DNA from: Eledone cirrhosa
Lineage: Eukaryota
Assembly: GCA_964016885.1 (NCBI GenBank)
Contig: OZ024754.1
Span: forward strand, 23,498,001-23,562,000
Direction of reading: 5' to 3'
Length of the DNA stretch: 64,000 nucleotides
The translations under genes were made by a program, and so were the position numbers. The notes below the pieces were generated by a model. The model did not search any database. It was not told the origin of the DNA and saw only the letters and a list, made by a program, of their open reading frames with translations. Shown here one piece after another: positions 14,948 through 26,900 of this stretch (position 1 is the stretch's first letter; every line of letters starts with the position of its first letter).

Positions 14948-16345
14948 GTGAAATTTCTTTTCATCATCTACATTAATGACATTACTGACATAAACAAGCA
15001 CAGCAACATAAGAACCTTCGCAGATGATTCCAAGCGCCAAAGGGTCATCATCAATGAGGTGGGTGACCGGACTTGCCTTCAGTCAGACCTACTGGCTGTT
15101 ATCCAATGGGCAGAAATGGATAATATGCTGTTGAATGAGGATAAATTCGAATTAATCCACTTTGGAAAAAAGGATGCCCTGAAACTACCATAGTCTCTTC
15201 CTTTGGGTGAAACTCTAGTGGCATCCAATAACATCAGAGACCTGGGAGTAATTGTGGACAACAATATAAGCTGGGCCATTCATATAAACAGCAAAGTTGA
15301 TATGGCTCGCAGAATGTGTTCCTGGATTCTTAGAACTTTTCAGTCGAGGGGATATCCACACTGTTATCCTTCTCTTCTCCACTTTTGCCCGACCCCACCT
15401 TGAATACTGTTGTCCACTGTGGTCACCCCACACGAAACAAAGTATCATGAAAGTTGAAGCACCCCAAAGGTCAATTACAAAAAAGATATATGGCATGACA
15501 GGCCTTGACTATTGGAGTCGATTAGAAAAGCTCAAACTTTATTCTCTCCAACGTCGCCGTGAGCGCTACATTATCTGTATGATGTGGAAAATATTCCATC
15601 AGCTTTGCCCAAATGATGTTGGCATCAACTTTAGTGTACACCCAAGGCTTGGGCCCGGTACTATCCGCCCAGGACCAAAATCTCACTCGCATCACATAAC
15701 AACAATACTGCACAAATTATTTCACCTCAATTGGCCCTGACTCTTTAACATTACACAAAAACACATCAAAGCAGAGACAGACCGCAAGAAGTCTTTGGAT
15801 AAATTCCTTCAAATACAGCCAACAGCAACACACACATTCGATAGCTATCGCCCTGCTTGAGTAAAACAAATATAACCTCCAGCAATGCATGATGACATTC
15901 ATCAATAACCAGAGAATAGCTGAATAGAGTTGGGCCATTGAGAAAAGCAAACTCAACCCCAAAGTGTTCTTTTCATTTGCTAAAAAACACAAGGTCACCG
16001 TCTCGACTGTTGGCCCCCTAGTTGATGAAAATGTCACACTCCAAGACGATGCCACATAACAACAATACGGGACAATTATTTCACCTCATTAGGCCCTGCA
16101 CTCTTTAACCAAAACACATCAAAGCAGAGACAGACCCCATCAAGTTCAAGAAGTCTTTGAATAAATTCCTTCAAGAAATCCCGGATAAGCCTCCTACACC
16201 CGGATATGCCTCTGTAAACAATAACTCTCTGCTCGAGTGGGCTATGGTGCCCAAAAACTGATTTGTAAGACTTCGCCAGGTGGTGGTATTAAGTTAGACA
16301 TGGCCTGGGCCATTACTGGCCGAAACCTATCAAAGTTATCAAAGT

Positions 16346-16346
<1 letters not shown>
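14948..16346 (+). mobile_element. CR1/L2-type LINE 3' fragment (RT C-terminus), rearranged
   Basis: FIIYIND, FADDSK, RPHLEYCCPLWSP, SLQRRRERY motifs. Ends in (TATCAAAGT)2 followed by (TA)n. Confidence 0.85.
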
Positions 16347-16433
<87 letters not shown>

Positions 16434-16503
16434 CATATATATGTACATATATACATATATATATATATACATTTATATATACAAGTGGACTGTTGAAATG
16501 AAC

Positions 16504-17586
16504 AGACGTGTTTCTATTGCTCTCTACCAAGTCAGTAGCCAGCTACACAGCTTTAAAGCCTATCTGACCGAACATATATATTTATATATATTTGTAACCA
16601 CGTGCTTTCCCTACCAACTCGTAAGTAAGTTTTCTTAAACACAGATTATTATATACACTCGTTTTTCTCTTAATATCTGCAAACAACCAAATAACCAAAA
16701 GGTTTTAACAACCTCAAACAACCAAATAACCAAATCTCACATCCATAAAAGAGAATACATATCTATATATATACGCTACTTTAATATCTTCAAATAACCA
16801 AAGGCTCACTCACATAAGGAAAAAGTATATACAAATACAGGGGCTTTCCCTACAAACTCGCAAGTAAGTTTTCTTAACTACAAATTATTATATACACTCG
16901 TTTTTCCTTGGATATCTTCAAACAACCAAATAACCAAAAACTATTAACATCCTCAAACAACCAAACTCACATCCATAAGAGAATATATATATATATACGA
17001 TTCTTTAATTCTTCAAATAACCAAAGTCTCACTCACGTATCAAATAGACGTGTTTCTATTGCTCTCTACCAAGTCAGTAGCCAGCTACACAGCTTTAAAG
17101 CCTATCTGACCGAACATATATATTTATATATATTTGTAACCACGTGCTTTCCCTACCAACTCGTAAGTAAGTTTTCTTAAACACAGATTATTATATACAC
17201 TCGTTTTTCTCTTAATATCTGCAAACAACCAAATAACCAAAAGGTTTTAACAACCTCAAACAACCAAATAACCAAATCTCACATCCATAAAAGAGAATAC
17301 ATATCTATATATACGCTACTTTAATATCTTCAAATAACCAAAGGCTCACTCACATAAGGAAAAAGTATATACAAATACAGGGGCTTTCCCTACAAACTCG
17401 CAAGTAAGTTTTCTTAACTACAAATTATTATATACACTCGTTTTTCCTTGGATATCTTCAAACAACCAAATAACCAAAAACTATTAACATCCTCAAACAA
17501 CCAAACTCACATCCATAAGAGAATATATATATATATACGATTCTTTAATTCTTCAAATAACCAAAGTCTCACTCACGTATCAAATA
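16504..17586 (+). repeat. Two tandem ~542-bp copies in the LINE 5' UTR
   Basis: agacgtgtttctattgctctc at 16504 and 17046. Each unit has an internal ~240-bp sub-repeat. Confidence 0.9.
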
Positions 17587-17625
17587 TCAAATATCTTAAA
17601 ACGCACACAAGGGTTAAAAAAGAAA

Positions 17626-18845
17626 ATGACTACTGACCAGCAAGCCCACAACGGACAAAATTGGTCTGAAAATGAAATTGACCTCTTAATAAACACATGG
17701 TTTTCTCTGTCCCAAACAACAAACATTAAGGCCTCATGTCTGAATGAATTGCTGAAAAAACAGCTCAGACACTTACCACGAGGTCTGCTAAGCAGATACA
17801 CAACAAACTAAAACATGTAGAAGTCTCTTTCAAACCAATTCAAAACCATTTTGAAAAGCTTCGACATATTTACTCCAATGGACAAACACAACAACAGCAA
17901 CAACAACAACAACAGCCACAACAGCAACAACAGCCAGAAAATCAGGAGCATAATAGCTGAATTATTGAATGACAGTATCCCTCAGCCACTCACTCAGCCG
18001 TCATTATCGCCATCACCATCACCACCGTCACCATCTTTTTCCACATCAACATCTTCTTCCACATGGACCACTGCTCTCTCTCCCACCACAGTTGTCATCA
18101 TCATCATCACAACTACTGCTTTCTTCCCCCACATCGCCACCACAGCCATGCCATAGTCAAAAGAACTTTAAAAAATAAATTAATGGAGCTGTATGCACCC
18201 GCCACTACACATACTAGAAACCCCAAAATATGCCGCTACTCACTACGTCAGAGGCTATGCACACGTAGCGACTGTATATTTACCCATTTACCGGGTACTA
18301 GGCGTACTAACACTGCCAGCCAACACCAAAGCACGCTGCCCGCATGTATAGGTCGCAGTCCCAAAATCTGCCAACATTCCCAACGTGAGAAGCTATGTCT
18401 GCTGACTGACTGTCCCTTCACTCATCTTCCTGGGACACAACGCACGAAGAGAAAAGGGTCTCCATGCCAACCCATAAACCACAATAAAGCCACCCCCTGC
18501 TGCAGTAATGCTTCTCCAGTCTCCTCACAAAGACATGATTACAACAACAAAAACAACAAAAGCAATGCTGCTCCAGTCTTTTCACAAAGACACGATTACA
18601 ACAACAACAAATACAACAAAAACAAAAATGCCGCTACTCCAGTCTTTTCACAAAGACGCAATTACAACAAATACAACAACAACAACAAAAGAGGGAACTG
18701 CAACCCTATCCAATGGTGTAACCACAAATCCAATCAAAAGCTGCTCCCTGAACAAAAGAATTTTTCTTTTTTAGCCATGAACCTGGCAAAAGAGATAGAG
18801 AAAAACATTTTAGCCATCACCCAACGCCATCCTTGCTGTCACTAA
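17626..18845 (+). pseudogene. Disrupted LINE ORF1 (CCCH-like zinc fingers, Asn-rich repeats)
   Basis: CRYSLRQRLCTRSDCIFTH and CQHSQREKLCLLTDCPFTH (C-x8-C-x4-C-x3-H) in ORF 18063-18845, directly upstream of the APE remnant. Confidence 0.65.
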
Positions 18846-20398
18846 CACACAATCACAAACCAAGCCCCCTGCAACAGTCAAAACCAGCCACCACACTAGG
18901 CTCCACATTTTTACTCAATACACAAGAAATGCACAGAAATGGAAGATCTAATTCATTGAGGATTGGGTTGGTAACCATCCATTTCACATCCCCTTCATCA
19001 TTCTTACTGAGACCCACCTTGACAATTCCCACTTGGAGGCCGAAGTAAGAGTGAGAAATTTCACAACCATCCGTGCGGATCGTGTTGGCAGAAGGAAGGG
19101 TGGAACTGCCATTTTCCTGCATGATTCCTTTACGGCAGATGTTAACACAACATTCTCTAATAGATACTGTGAATCAGTCACTGTGCACAATAAAGCCAAT
19201 GACCTGACATTAGTTAGGCTCTATAGGACACCACAAACACCCATAATCTGCTTCAAAGAATGCCTCAACAGTATTAAATGATTTATTAAACAGTGCCATT
19301 CTAGCAACATACTTTTGATGGGAGACTTTAATCTACTTTGTGTCGATTGGTCTACATGTAATTTGAAACCAGGCACCACAACCTCAACCATTGACAAAGA
19401 AGCTGTCGAGTCACTTCTTGACTTCAGGAATTAGCTTTTCTTGTCCCAACTTGTCCTTGCACCAACGAGGCATCAGAAGACATGGTTCTTTGTAACCTGA
19501 GATTCCACCAGCCGAAAGCTAATCCCAGGGTCCTCTTTCCACCCCACCCATTTGATAACATGGATCTCTACAATGCCAACTGGGTTGCAATTATGAACGA
19601 ACTATCGCATGTCGACTGGTCTTTTACACATGCACACACTTCCACCAACATCAAAACATCTCGGCAGATCTTTGTAGACACTGTCACAAATATATGTACA
19701 AAACACACCCCACCAAAACCTGTGAACTAAACCAGGTGCAGTATCCCCCTAAAAAAACAATTATCAGAAAAATAAAAAGAACAAACAAAAAAAAATTAAC
19801 ACACTAAAATACAGCCAACAGCAACACACACATTCGATAGCTATCGCCCTGCTTGAGTAAAACAAATATAACCTCCAGCAATGCATGGATGACATTCATC
19901 AATGGATGACATTCATCAATAACCAGAGAATAGCTGAATAGAGTTGGGCCATTGAGAAAAGCAAACTCAACCCCAAAGTGTTCTTTTCATTTGCTAAAAA
20001 ACACAAGGTCACCGTCTCGACTGTTGGCCCCCTAGTTGATGAAAATGGCACACTCCAAGACGATGCCACATAACAACAATACGGGACAATTATTTCACCT
20101 CATTAGGCCCTGCACTCTTTAACCAAAACACATCAAAGCAGAGACAGACCCCATCAAGTTCAAGAAGTCTTTGAATAAATTCCTTCAAGAAATCCCGGAT
20201 AAGCCTCCTACACCCGGATATGCCTCTGTAAACAATAACTCTCTGTTCGAGTGGGCCATGGTGCCCAAACACTGATTTGCAAGACTTCGCCAGGTGGTGC
20301 TATTAAGTTAGACTTGGCCTGGACCAATACTGGCCGAAACCTATCAAAGTTATATATATTTATATATATATAAATATTTATATATATATATAAATATT

Positions 20399-20429
<31 letters not shown>

Positions 20430-20525
20430 ATAAATATATATATATATAAATATTTATATATATATATATATATAGAATAAAGAAAAGCGAAGTAGTTTCA
20501 GATGTTCAAATCCTTTAATAATAAT

Positions 20526-20599
20526 GCTGTGATATATATTTCAGTGACGACACTGGCCACACTGTTCTGTGTGCGAGTGTCGTGTCATCATCAGACAGC
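20526..20599 (-). ncRNA. Type I hammerhead motif
   Basis: GCTGT-CTGATGA-(ACGACACT/AGTGTCGT stem II, irregular base)-GAAA-TATATA-TC-ACAGC. Confidence 0.65.
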
Positions 20600-21644
20600 T
20601 TGTTACATAATAAGGTTATGTTTCCGAGGCAATCCAAATTGGATCGACAAGGGAACGGATGAATTGCGTGTTTTTGGGTTTTTCATCCGCTCCCTTGTGA
20701 GTACCAAATCACCCCCACCGGCCTGCGCAAGCGCATGTCCGAAGGAAGTTGACCATTCGCCACCGCAGACTTCAACGAAATTTGCTTAGTCAGTTCACCC
20801 CGTCATCCAAAACAATGGCCCACCAATGCCTGTACCATATTTTACTGCTACCCATCACACTGTGGCAGTCAGCCGAGAGCCAGAGGGGATGGGAGAGTGT
20901 TAGTTTTTACAGGTCATAATACTACCCCTCACTAAGCGTTGACGGTACGACTGACCATCACCTTATAAGGGAAAATAAACTTATTCTAGGTATCATGGTT
21001 TTACGTTGGAAGTTAAGAGTGCGAGTTGGAAATAAAAATTAAATCCTAAATCAAATATCAGAAATTATAAATTAAACAATTAAGAAATTAACAATTAGAA
21101 GTTAAAGAATTAAAAAAAGAATTAAAAAAAATTCTTTTCAGGTGATAATTCGGATTGAGGTGAGTAAATAATATGGAGAGAGATGTTTAAGTAATATTTT
21201 CTGAGAGGGATTCTAGTGTCACAGTTACTCTATCCACATATTGAACGACAGTGCCGTACATTATAACTACAGGGCTCCAGGCATTAGTGAATCTGGTACA
21301 CAGTCCTAATTTCCATCACATGGAACAAAATCAAAGAAAAACAGACATAAAGTACACAAAAGAAAAGAACAGAAACAATAGTTAATAAATGCAAAAACAC
21401 AGAGTACATATATGCAAAATGATCCATATGATTGTCCATCTGTCCATGTATAGATTGAATTGAGGGGGCCTCTGTATTTATTTATATATGTATAAATATT
21501 TATATATATATATATTCATATATATATAAATATTTATATATATATATATTTATATATATATATATATAAATATTTATATATATATATATATTTATATATA
21601 TATAAATATTTATATATATATAAATTTATATATATATAAATATT

Positions 21645-21675
<31 letters not shown>

Positions 21676-23265
21676 AAATATTATATATATATACATATAT
21701 TTATAATAATAATACTATTTATAGTTATGTATATAGTGTAAACAATGATAATCAGGAAGGTCAGTAATTTCCTATTACCTTATTACCAGTAAGAGAAATA
21801 GCTCAATGTATGAACATCAGTTGTTTTACAGAGCAGAAAAATAAATAAATTATACAATTATCAAAGTTGTGTTCAAATCATTTAATAGCTGACAATCGTC
21901 TCTTCCTAACTCTCATTTGGCGTCATCGGAGCATTATCAATGTTTGTACATATAATTAACCTCCTATTCAACTGAACAATAATATAGATACATATATATT
22001 GATGTTGTGAGCAACAGTTTCGTATTTACATGGTGGAATGGATGTGACATATATTTTACGAGAATTGTACAAAAATTAAAATTAAAATTAAAATTAAAAT
22101 TAAAAGCACAGAGTGGAATACATGCAACAGATAATACAGATAAAACAAGAGAATATTCCAATAATTAAAGAGGCATTGTGAAAGGATATTTGAGAAAGAA
22201 AGAGTTCATTAGCAATACATATGCAGGTGTGTAGAAAGTGCATATGCGTTAGACATATATATGAGAAGGAAATAAGCAAAGTTATTATGCATATATAGAT
22301 AATAAATACTGTATTTTAAGCCAAAATGTAGTGTATTAAAATCTAAGGTGGACGTAGTTTGTTGATAGTGTCCGAATTTGTGTGTGTTGAGGAGAATAAA
22401 GTTATTGCAGTCTCAACCATTACATATGCTGAATTATATTTTAGTTAATGTTTATATTGAATGTTTAAGTTATATAAGCAATGGATTGTAAATTAGTCTT
22501 ATTGTGTTCATATACATGGACTACATTAGCTCAACAGGTAGGTTTTCTAACGGTTAAAATATCAGGAAGTTAGTAAGGGGAGCTAATGCGTAAGGGGAGG
22601 TAACTAGCTAATTAAATTCAGTTATTCAAAACATTTGCTCTAATACACATTTTATTGTGATACAATAGAATCTCTATTACATAATCGAATCTCTATAATA
22701 GAATCTCTATTACATAATCGAATCTCTATTACATTTATACTTGATTTTAAACATAATGTGTTTTATTATAATACATTAAAGGCCCCTTAAGATTATTATA
22801 CATTCATTACTGGACAAGATATATGTTATGGAAAATAGCTGTTTATATGTTTAAATAGATATATCACCTGTGCAACAATATACATTATTGTTTAAAAATT
22901 AATCCCATGCATATAATGCTATTACATTATATATTTAAATAAAAATATATATATACTTTATTATTACTACATACATGTTATTAATTTAAGTATTTAATTA
23001 CACATATAGTTTATTATTACATATTACATTAAATGTCTCTATATATTAAATATCCATTACAATATAATTAAGCTATACTAGTTATACCAAAAGGTGGTAA
23101 CTTTATGTCTAATTCTAACAGTTATTGCAGAGTATAAGGTTAGAGGTACATAGGAGTTGTGTAGTGGGAAGAGCTGATCAAAGAGTGTGTAGTTGTGGGT
23201 GCTGCTAAGTCCTAGATGTGTAGTGTTAATGGTGGTGGAGAATTCAAATCTGACATTGATATATA

Positions 23266-24725
23266 CTAACAGCTAGGTCTAAAGTTATGGAAAGAGTGAC
23301 AGTATCGGTATTGGCATGAGGAAAATGTCTCCGACTTTTTATTAAGGAGTTCTGGTTTCGAAAAGATTATAGTATGGGTCTCTAGAAGGCAGAGATTACA
23401 CAATTTATTCGGTGGTTTATACGATGAGGCCCTACCTACTACTTGCCATTGCAGTGTAAATGGTCTATTCTTAGTTTTCAGAGAGTGTATGTGGCTAGAT
23501 AAAGAAGTGGAGTTGGCTAGATTGTGTTTCTTGAAAGAGTGGAGGTGCGAGTTGTATCTCGTCTTGAAGCTGTTCCAAGTAGAGCCGATATATGTTTTAG
23601 AAGAGTTGTTTGCGTTGACGTTGCATGGGTAGATGATGTCTTTGGTTAAGCAATTATTACCTAAGGGGAAAGTTCTATTAGTTCTACAGTTACATTTATT
23701 CTGGGTGTTAGCTTGCCGGTTCCTATGTTGTGAAGAATTCTGGTTGCTAGGGATAGCACTAGGGTAATGATGTCTATCATTCGTATTGTTATTGATTTCA
23801 TTAGTGCTATTATCATTATTACCATTATTACTACTATTGTTTACAGGCACTAAGTTTACCTCCTGCTCTGTGTTTTAATTAGTTGGACATTATTATTAAT
23901 CTTCCTTTTATTACTACCAGCTATATGGTATGCTAGTTAGGTGTGGTGGAGTACGATATTTTAATTGTATTTTTATTAATAAGGTTATGGTACTTGTGGC
24001 CGATCGGGAAGTTTTTTTCTAAGATTGAGAAGAAAGCTTTAGGCAAGTTTGTAGAGACGTTTAGATTGAAAGGGGGATTGAAGAATATATTAGTTCTTCT
24101 GTTTTTGTTTTTAGTACTGTTTATATTATTATTGTGGTGTTTACTTTGGTGTGAGTTAAGTTTGGTATTATATTTCATCTTCGTCTTAGAGTTATAGTGG
24201 CTAGTACTTTTATTATTTTTCCTCATGACCATATTATGAGAAATAATGTTGTAACTATGTGATTTTATAGGTAGGAATTCAATCTCATTCTTATGTCCTG
24301 ATTTAGCTAAGGCCCCATTAGAGTATTGTGAATTATTGTTAAATATGGTTTCATTATATGATAGATTAGAGATTCTATTAGATATTCCTTTAGTAATAGA
24401 GTTTAATATGGATTTAGGGTGGTTAGATTTGGTGTTCACATAAATTAGTTTTTCGTTAGGTTTATGATAGGGTGTGTATATTCTAGAGTCTAGGCTAAGG
24501 GTAGCATCAAAGAAGTTGACGTTTTTAGTGTGTTTATCTAAGGTGATACTTAAGTTGAAGTTTTTGAAAATTTTGTGTAACTGTTTCCTAGTTTTTCCTA
24601 TATTAAATTTTTTATAGTCAATAAGGAGAAGCGCATCATCGCGGTATAAACCACCGTTGAGGTAGGTTAGGTTCTTATGAATTTCATTAAGTAGGTATAG
24701 GCCAACCAAATCGGTGACCTGGAAT
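23266..24725 (-). pseudogene. PLE RT (C-terminal part) + GIY-YIG, interrupted
   Basis: ORFs 23933-24775 and 23266-23850. The first ~17 codons of the former come from the inverted pseudo-LTR. Confidence 0.9.
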
Positions 24726-24949
24726 ATTGGAATATTCTCTTGTATTATATGTATTATCTGTTGCATGTGTTCCACTCTGTGCTTTTAATTTGAATTTGAA
24801 TTTGAATTTTTGTACAATTATCGTAAAATATATGTCACATCCATTCCACCCTGTAAATAAGAAACTGTTGCTCACAACATCAATATATATGTATCTATGG
24901 TATTGTTCAGTTGAATAGGAGGTTAATTACATGTACAAACATTGATAAT

Positions 24950-24994
24950 GCTCCGATGACACCAAATGAGAGTTTGGAAGAAACGATAGTCAGC
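24950..24994 (+). ncRNA. Family A minimal hammerhead (CCGATGA core)
   Basis: GCT-CCGATGA-caCCAAAT gaga GTTTGGaa-GAAA-CGATAG-TC-AGC. One of nine copies in the window. Confidence 0.6.
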
Positions 24995-25175
24995 TATTAA
25001 ATGATTTGAACACAACTTTGATAATTGTATAATTTATTTATTTATTTATATATATTTATATATATATAAATATTTATATATATAAATATTTATTTGTTGG
25101 GATTCAACAAGCTTAAAAGTTTTTATAACTGATATAAAGCATTCTTTCCTTATTTTAATTTATATTCCTTTTGAA

Positions 25176-25294
25176 GTTCCGATGAGCTGCTCTAATTGTA
25201 ACTAAGTTAATTATTTTCAACTGAACCAGATCAATAATGATATATAATCATTTGATCCAGAAACATTATATGGAGTAGCGAAACAATTGTAAAC
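25176..25294 (+). ncRNA. Hammerhead motif with ~78-nt insertion in loop 2
   Basis: GTT-CCGATGA-GCTGCTCT...GGAGTAGC-GAAA-CAATTG-TA-AAC: 8-bp stem II, palindromic stem III. Confidence 0.65.
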
Positions 25295-25943
25295 GGACAT
25301 TATTATTATTAATATTATTATTATTATTCTCTACATTCCTTACATCAAACTAAAACTATGTTGACAATGTGTTAATAATGTCTTTCTTCTGAAATTTGTG
25401 GTCTTGTTTTGCTTAACTAATAAATATTTCCAGCTCTGAGCACCTAACCTCTGCATGAACCCAGCCACATTGCTGCCTTCCACTGCATATTGCACATTGA
25501 GCACATGCGTTTACGCTTTGGCTTCTAACTAATTCCCCAATCTCTCTTCTCCTCTCCTATATCCTCTCCTATCTCCATCTCTCTCTTTAAGATTGGTTAC
25601 TCTTGAACTGTGCATTTATATATAAATATATTAGAAATTAGAAATATAAGCTTTCACCGTATTTTTTACTAAATAAATTTTAGCCCGATAGTGGGGTTTA
25701 TAACCCTCAGAGAAATGGAAAAAGATGAGTATTGACGTATATGGGATTTCCATTTCTCTATCGGGCTTAAATTTCTTTAGTCAAAAATGCGGTGAAAGTT
25801 TATATTTTTAATTTCAATCTCGCTCACTGTTTCAAAAACATACAAATAAATATATATTTATATATAAATATAAATATAAATATATATATAAATATATATA
25901 TATCATATAAAATAAATGGAAACTATATTTATAAAACCATATT

Positions 25944-26008
25944 TATTTTATTATATATATTTCAATGGCAACCTAGACAACATTAGTACGCTTTCATCAG
26001 ATAAAATA
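25944..26008 (-). ncRNA. Hammerhead motif with decayed stem II
   Basis: TATTTTAT-CTGATGA-...-GAAA-TATATA-TA-ATAAAATA: 8-bp stem I intact. Confidence 0.55.
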
Positions 26009-26073
26009 CAAAGTTTTTTCTATAAATAGAGACCTACCCATGAAATCGTAACTTATCGGTTGGAAATTCACTG

Positions 26074-26160
<87 letters not shown>

Positions 26161-26190
26161 TTATATATATATATATTTATAAATTTATAA

Positions 26191-26223
<33 letters not shown>

Positions 26224-26227
<4 letters not shown>

Positions 26228-26257
26228 TAGATAGATAGATAGATATATTTCTTTATT

Positions 26258-26308
<51 letters not shown>

Positions 26309-26325
26309 CTAGATAGATAGATAGA
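26224..26325. repeat. (TAGA)n microsatellite
   Basis: Direct reading. Confidence 0.9.
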
Positions 26326-26479
26326 TATACACGGGTGTGTATGATTGTGTATAGAAGATTATATTAATAAGAGGAATTCCAACTTTGTCTGATTTACTCG
26401 TTTTATTTACAATCCTTTAAAATTTATAATGGTATTATAATGAAATAGTATGATAGAATATTAAATGTTAAGTGTTAAT

Positions 26480-26518
26480 TGAACAAGTACTTTCATGCTT
26501 TCGCAATCTTCAGGTTCA
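26480..26518 (-). ncRNA. Minimal hammerhead (GTAC family), sense to the Neptune-like ORF
   Basis: Same sequence as 10382-10420 on the opposite strand. Confidence 0.8.
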
Positions 26519-26900
26519 TAATGTGTGGTGACAGTCAAGTTTGCAATTTTCAACTGTAATGAGATCAGTAAATTTTGTACCTTATATACAGTGAAAAGTG
26601 GCTCCAGAATGCTAAATCATGCAAACTGTATTTCGACCAATCGGTGTGTAGTTTCACTGAATTACTAAAGCTGATTGGTTTAGGCGTCACGGTTGGTTGA
26701 GCATGTCTAACAACCACTAATTGATCCTATCCAAAGCATCAATTGTTTTGCTATTTTTAGAAATGATGAAAATAGCATTTTCTAGTAATCATCACCATCA
26801 ACATCACTTTTATTATTATTATTATTGTTGTTGTTGTTGTTAGTGGTCGTAGTCGACATGGTCGTAGTCATAGTCATAGTAGAAGTAATACCCCTAAGCA

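Larger units (their letters stand above)
16483..20351 (+). mobile_element. Internally deleted LINE: duplicated 5' UTR, ORF1 with two CCCH-like fingers, APE endonuclease remnant, RT deleted
   Basis: APE motifs (ETHL, RADRVGRRKGGTAI, GDFNL) at ~18960-19450. Jumps at 20067 to the same 3' end as 16054-16346. Confidence 0.8.
21703..25040 (-). mobile_element. Naiad-like PLE family A, copy 1 (5'-truncated at ~24725, then inverted pseudo-LTR 24726-25040)
   Basis: RT motif GGLYRDD, CNCR..PL..C linker, IIY..YIG endonuclease, CNLCLLE C-terminus. Long AT-rich 3' region shared with 38622-40200. Confidence 0.9.

Noticed and set aside
25642-25807. MITE with terminal inverted repeats
   Set aside because: An imperfect ~48-bp inverted repeat is real, but there is no second copy or clear TSD in the window to support mobility.
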